From the NCBI RefSeq assembly GCF_002571385.2, contig NW_019217907.1, forward strand, positions 87,805 to 151,804: a stretch of 64,000 nt of DNA, given 5' to 3'. A model generated the notes under the pieces. The model made no database searches, was not told the DNA's origin, and saw nothing but the letters and a program-made list of their open reading frames with translations. Source of the DNA: Stylophora pistillata. Taxonomy: Eukaryota. Position 1 is the first letter of the stretch. Every line of letters begins with the position of its first letter. The translations under genes and the position numbers were made by a program. Below, piece after piece: positions 57,640-64,000 of this stretch.

Positions 57640-60600
57640 TTGTCTTTTCCAGTTCATCTTGATTTATGTCTTTTGTTATTACAACTGTTGGTAAGTTCTC
57701 TGAAAATGATACTTCTTTCCAGCACAAATGTAGAAAGTCTTTTCATCTTCTGACCAGTTCTTCCAAACTTGCAGCATACTCAACACAGTTATCTTCAAGA
57801 AACAAGAGTTGTGGCTTCAGGCTGTCATGTAGTTTCGCTGTTGTTTCTTGATATCAGTCCTGTAAATGGCAATGAGGACAATTATTAGAAAATGCCATTG
57901 CTGCAATTTGTAGGTGAAGGAGTGCTATCTCTTTTACAAATAAAGCCAAACACTTGTGTTACTGTAAGCAAGCTGTCCTAGTTAAGTTATCCTTTTACTT
58001 GATGGTAAAGGAAGTTTTATTTCTTTTCACCAATCCCCACTCTTCCTCCCTTTAATTTCTTTTATGAGATATAGCAAAATAGATCTCCATACCTTGCAGC
58101 TGTTTTCTCCTCTGACAACTAGGTGACTCGAATGTTCCATCCACAGATTGAGGTAACAGAGGACAATTGATCAGCGTTGTTAGTTCTGTAAGTTGTAACT
58201 TATCTCCTGGAGGAAAATAAACTCTGGCCTAGGATGAAGAGTACTAAAAAGGTAAGAGCTCAGGCCACTGTTTCATCATTTTCAATTCAACTTCAATCTG
58301 TTAATTTTAATATCAAATTACCAACAGAAGGAATGTTCCTTTGGTAGGCAGCATCATCCTCTTCAATTTAGGTGCATGGTTGCTTGAGCTATGTCAAACT
58401 TCCAACAGCTTCATTCCTGCTTTGTGATTCTGAAACAATGAATTTTGAAAAATCAGTTTCAGATGGTGTGTAATCTTGTAATGAAGTTTATTCATACTGA
58501 TATACCGGAGACAAAAGAAAAATAATAAATATGATCTTGTAAGTGTTGTAAAAGGTGGATCTTCTGGGTAAAGATTGAAGTGTATGTGTCATGACATGGA
58601 ATGTGGATTTAGGAAATGTTTACCTTCAGTTGTAGACATGTTCCCTGTAATGCATTTCTGGGTTTCTTCTCCCTCTGCTAACTCATCTTCCTTCTATGGT
58701 CGTTCCATTTCTTGTTCTTGATCCCTCAGGATGCTATTAATTGTCAGTTTGAAATCATGTTGAAAGATTACAAAATTCTAAGAATCTTCTTAAGATCTCA
58801 CAACTTCTTGTGTGAGTCTTAGTTTGCTTTGCCTGCATTAGAAATGTTCTAAAACACTTCTTGAATCTTTCCGGCTCTCATATTGAGATCCTTGATGAGG
58901 TCCTTTTGAGATACCTACCTGATTTTGACGTATTCTTAGAAGTTCCTGTAAGATTATGGCAAAACATCAGTTCTCATTAGACTTTTTCAAGGTTCTTTGA
59001 TATGACGTTTGTGCAGTTAACATATTTTCTGAGATTCTTTCATGTTCACCCAAGACATTTATACTTATTTAATTGAATTAAAATTAATTTTTTTTGTTTA
59101 TTTGAATTTGATTATTTTTTAACCAAAGCTTTTGTTTAAATAGTTAATTTTTAGCTGGGCAATAAACTCTTATAGATTTAGTAATAATGATAATAATAAT
59201 TTAATGATGGTAATAATAATGATGATGAGATTCAGTCTAGGGTTACTTTTGAAAGGTGATTCCACAGGAAATCATGTTAGCTGCTTATTCAGAAATCCAT
59301 TCAAATAAAAGTTTGTTTTGTGACTCCTAGGGGATCATAGGATTTACCAAAAGATCTGCTAAGAGTGTAAGCCAACATCTCTTGAAAATTCACAATTTTT
59401 TTTCAAAAAATGCTGGATGGTCAGGTCCATATAAGACTCTGTTGAAGATGGAAATCTAGAATGTGTTGTAGAGTCTCAACAAGATTTCAAACTGTATATC
59501 TCAGTCCAATGTGACACTGAAGTTATAAATCCTGCAAGGAAGAGAGATTAGAAATCACTGATTAGAAATGCAATAATTATTACGACTAAGATATTTGTAA
59601 TTATAGTACTCCACTCATAAGTGACTTGAGACTGAAATTGATATTTCTGCATCATTTTGCTTTTCAATAAGTTGGACTATCCTATCCTCTCCCTATAAGA
59701 GTTTTAATGTAATACCAGATGTTATAACTTTTAGAATATAGTTGCATATATCAGCTGCTGCTGTAGCTCTTTAGTGGTCCTGTTGGCCTCTATTTATTTA
59801 CTATTCTTGGCTTAAAAAAACACAAAAAAGTGAATTATTCACAGGATGAAACCACTGTCAATTCTTTTTTTCGGTTGCATCACAGTCATATAGCTCTGGA
59901 CATCTTGAATTTAAATCTCATTTAGTTGCCACTCCTTCGCCAGGATTCCTAAGTAGCACTTGCATACCAGTTGTTTGGTCTGACAGGTACTTTTTGTTGT
60001 TATCTTTGCAAGAACAAGACAGAAGAATACGTCAGTAGTTTGTGATGAGTTTGTAGCTTGCCAATTTATGTTCCAGGAAGTATCCATACCCTTTCCATAG
60101 AATTTTGTTTGGTTGTTCAATTATGTTCAGTGACTCTCCTCCCTGAAGGTCCAAGGCATTTCCTTTCAGTGCTTAACCACCCCACCCCCCCTCTTCTCCC
60201 TCTCAAGCCAATGACCCTCCCAATATGGTAGGAATACTTCCTACTCTAACTGTACTTTAGTGTTAGTAGCATTTTTTGCTGATTAAAGACCTCCCATTGT
60301 TATCTAAAGTACATGAATTTGTGAGTATGAAAGCATGATTTGATTTCTCTTACCATCTTTAGTGTGCTCTCTTAAAACTACTAAATTGCAGTAATTGTTA
60401 TTGAGAAAAAAATTGTGGCATTGTTACCTGGGTGATCTGGCTGTTTCTCTCCTCTTGTATTAATAGCTTTTTGTACTTCGAGACGGTAGGCATCTGTAAG
60501 GTCTTGGTTAATGTTTCTGCATCAATCAGCATTATTTTGAAAGATTTATCTTGGTTCCTGTTCCATGCAATGACTTTTTTCGGTTGAACATCTACAAGAA

Positions 60601-60725
60601 ACTGTTAGTAACACAGTCAACTTGATGGCTGTTTTCCAATAAGCATACCGACCTATTTTCTTGTTGAAGGACATGATTCAATGATATTAATATCTATTGA
60701 TGGTTGAGCTGTACACAAGGCAAAC
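57640..60725 (-). pseudogene. Decayed multi-exon gene of unknown identity
   Basis: AG/GT-bounded exon-like blocks at 60725-60428, 58733-58624, 58429-58322, 58228-58093 and 57859-57640 read as protein-like frames with scattered stops, e.g. D*YQETTAKLHDSLKPQLLFLEDNCVEYAASLEELVRR*KDFLHLCWKE. Confidence 0.4.
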
Positions 60726-62284
60726 CTGCAAAATGAAGTTGCTACAAGATTAGATCAACCTTTTCTTTTAAGCTAAATGTAGGTACAGCTTTTAACCCTT
60801 GGATCTCCTTATCTGCAAAACATTGTGTTAGACTTGCAATAATGAAGGCAAAATATTTCTGAAAAAGAAAAGAGAAAGTGATTAGCAATCTGCTTTAAGC
60901 TATGAAATTGTTAAAAAAAAGAACTCATGCAATGTATCTTTTATGAAGAATATGTTGTAAGGAATTAAATTCCTTACAACATATAGTGTCCTGAAATAAA
61001 ATTCTTTTGTTAGTAAGCTGCAAAAGAAGTTACTCCTATTGTTAGTATAGTTATTGTTTTGATAAAATAAACCAATCCATCATGTTTTTGCCTTTTATTG
61101 AATGAATGAACTCACATCTTACAACAACTTTTTCATATGGAAATAATTTTTCAGTCCCCGAAAATGTACAATTCAATTTTTGTGCCCCCGAAAGTGGGCT
61201 GCAGACAAAATATACACCTGTTGAAGATAAAAATTTATATTGCTGAAATGGAACAATCTCACTGGTTAGCGTTATAAAGTTTAGTGTAAAATAAAAGCTT
61301 AACCAGTAAGAATTGGCAAACAGACAACAATGTTTTGTAGTTTATTATTTTCTATTTGAAATATTAAATTTTATTATATTTTAGTTACAATAATATTATA
61401 GTCCTTTCTCTTCATGACTTCTTGCTGTCTTCTTTACTTCTCTAATGCTCCCGAAAATGAGCCGTACCATTCTTTGATGGATGTATCTACTATGCTTTTC
61501 AGTTATAACAACACTGTTTTACAAACATGATTGAAATCCACAGGACCTAAAATAATCTATGGTTGGGGAGTGCGCTCCTACACTAAAAATTTTGTGGTCA
61601 CGAAAAGCCGAGAGTGTCCCTGTGTCCTGGAACACCCAGGGCCCTCTGAACCATTCACATTTCCAAGATTTGCCTGCTATCAAACAAATGTAGATACCAA
61701 GCTTTATTGTGCCAATAGCTTGAAAGATCGCAATTGAGGATGGAATGTGAAAGAATCGAAAACAGAAAGTGAAACTTAAAGTTACTTAACTAAGGCAACT
61801 GTTTGTTATATCACGCAACAAGAACACATCAAGTTTCAAGCCTCACATTTCTCTTGGGAAAGGATGTGCAAAAACAGTTTTACTCATCAACCAAATATGA
61901 AAAAAAACAAAATTTTTAAAAAGTAGAAGTATTCCAGAAGCCAATGCAATAGGAGTCATCATTGTGCAAACTGTACTGAGTGAAGATTGAGTTCTGATGT
62001 TGCTTTGTGTTGGATATAACATACAGATTGCACTCTCCACATACCTTGGAACAGATTGTATAACCTACCTTATGGCACTCACATTCAGCCTTTCATCCCA
62101 GGAATAATGGCCTATCAACAAGCAGTTGCTAGACATACACTTCAGTTACATTTAGCAATAGTGTTAAGTCATAAGCGGAGGAAGAAGAGCAGTGATGCAG
62201 AATAGCAGAATTGCTGATAATGCCTTAAATCAAATGATTAGGAGTATCATCTTTTTGTTTAAATCTCTCAATTCCGCATCAAAT

Positions 62285-64000
62285 TCTTGTTTTCTTCTCT
62301 TCTGTCTTCAGTCTTTTCTCTTCAGTCTTCAGTTTTCAAATTGCTGTCGTCAGTCTTCTCTCTGCATAGTCAATCTTTGTCATTCTGTCCTCTTTTCTCA
62401 ATGTTATTCCATTTATCTTCAGTCATCTTTCTGTTGTGTTGTCTTCGCTCTTCAGTCATCATTAGTAGTGTTCTTTCTTCTGTGTTGAGTCTAATCATTT
62501 CTCTGTCTTCTTTCTGTTCTCAATCTGCTTTCTGCTGTCTTGAGTCTTCTTTCTTCTCTTCTCATTCTCCTGTTTTCTGTTCTTTATCTTCTTACTTTTG
62601 TCTTTAATATTCCTTCTTCAGTCTTCAGTCCTCTTTACTATGCTCTCAGTTGTCTGTTATTCTCAGTCTACTTTCCTCTTTGTCAAGTCTTTGTTTTTTT
62701 CATTCTTCTTTTCCATCGTAAGTCTTCTTCTGCCTTCAGTCTTTTCCCTTCTGCCTTCGGTTATCTCCCTTCTGATTTCAGTCTTTCCCCTTCTGTCTTC
62801 AGTATGCAGTCTTCTTTCTACTTTTCAGTCTTCATTTATTATTTTCATGCATATTTCTTCTGTCCTCAGTTTTCTTTCTTCTATTCTCAGTCTTCTGATG
62901 TCAGTTTTCTTTCCTCAGTCTCCATGCAGTCTCATTTCTTTTTTCCTCTGTCACAAGTCTCTGTTCTTTTGTCCTTTTTCCACTGTCCTGTCCTCATTCT
63001 TCATTTCCAGTCTTCATTTTTCTGTTCTCAGTCTTCTTTCTTCTGATCCAAGCCATCTTTTATCTGTGCTTAGATTTTTTTCTCCCTATCCATTTCTTAT
63101 TTCTTTTGTCTTCAGTCCTCCTTATTCTGTTCTCCTTCCTCTATTTTCTGTTCACTGTCTCCTTTCTTCTCTCTCTGGTCTTCAGTCCTCTTTCCACTTT
63201 AAATTTGTGTCTTCATTCTTTATTTCCAGTGTTCTGTTTGTCTGTCCTTGGTCTTCTTTTACTCTGATCTCATCCTTCATTTTCTGTCCTCAGTCTTCTT
63301 CTTTTCTATTTCAGACTCTTTTTCATTTTTTCTTAAGTCCTCTTACTTCTGTACTCATTCCTCTGGTTTCTGTTCCTTGTCTTATTTCTTCTGACTTCAG
63401 TCTTCAGTCCTGTTTTCCCTGTCCCATCTTCATTTTTATTTCCAGTCTTCATTTTCTCTCTCCTCTTCTTTCTTTTATTCTATGTCTTTTTCTTTTAAGT
63501 CCTCTTTTTTTTCTCTTCTCTTTCCTTTGTTTTCTGTTCTATGTTGTATTTCTTCTGTTTTCAAACCTCCTTCCTCTGTCTTCTCTTCATTATTATTTCC
63601 ATTTTTTTCTGTCCTCAGTCGTCTTTCTTTTATTTTCATTCCTCTGTTTTCTGTTCTCTCTTCTTTCTTCTGTCTTTAGTTCTCTTTCCATGTCCTTTCT
63701 AATTTTTACTTCTAGTCTTCATTTCTCTGTCCTTAGTCTCCTTTCTTTTGATCCAAACCTTTTCTTCCCTCAGTCTTTTTCTTTTCTAAATCTACTTTGT
63801 TTTGTCTTCAGTCTTGCTTCTTCTGTTCTCATTCTTCTGTTTTGTTGTTTTCTTTTTTCTGTCTTCAGTCTTTAGACCTATTTCTTCTATTTCAGTCTTA
63901 AATCCTCTTTCCTCTATCCTGTCTTCATTTTTATTTCCAAGTCTTCTTTTTTCTTTTCTCTGTCTTTTTTTTTATCCAAGCTTTCTTTTCCTCAGTCTTT
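62285..64000. repeat. Degenerate 7-bp satellite (consensus TCTTCAG/TCTTCTG), strongly pyrimidine-skewed
   Basis: From 62305: TCTTCAG TCTTTTC TCTTCAG TCTTCAG TTTTCAA ATTGCTG TCGTCAG TCTTCTC; continues to the window end. Confidence 0.85.

Noticed and set aside
62598-63875. 425-aa S/F/L-rich ORF and overlapping ORFs
   Set aside because: By-product of an A-poor pyrimidine satellite that rarely forms stop codons.

Overview
AT-rich, intron-rich animal genomic DNA. The repeat families and gene content point to a stony coral or other anthozoan (inference). Four protein-coding genes can be reconstructed by hand with consistent splice phases. (1) Minus strand, 7908 to 716, possibly continuing off the left edge: a CXorf38/DUF4559-like HEPN domain (RNTKWAH motif), a coiled coil, a hydrophobic membrane segment and at least three tandem WSC-like Cys repeats, each on its own phase-1 exon. 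(2) A single-exon class A GPCR, 13230-14321 (+). (3) Roquin (RING-ROQ-CCCH), 15 coding exons, 25993 to 17208. (4) ZER1, 19 coding exons, 52606 to 40254. Also present: an AcademH-type deletion derivative, a Merlin/IS1595-type deletion derivative, many MITEs, tRNA-derived SINEs, Penelope-type repeats with hammerhead ribozyme motifs, three tandem arrays and a decayed multi-exon pseudogene of unknown identity. The best candidate for an undescribed system is the putative transmembrane receptor-RNase (HEPN inside, glycan-binding-like repeats outside). Second is an 8x74-bp array that multiplies a Roquin splice acceptor. All calls are by eye; no database searches were run.
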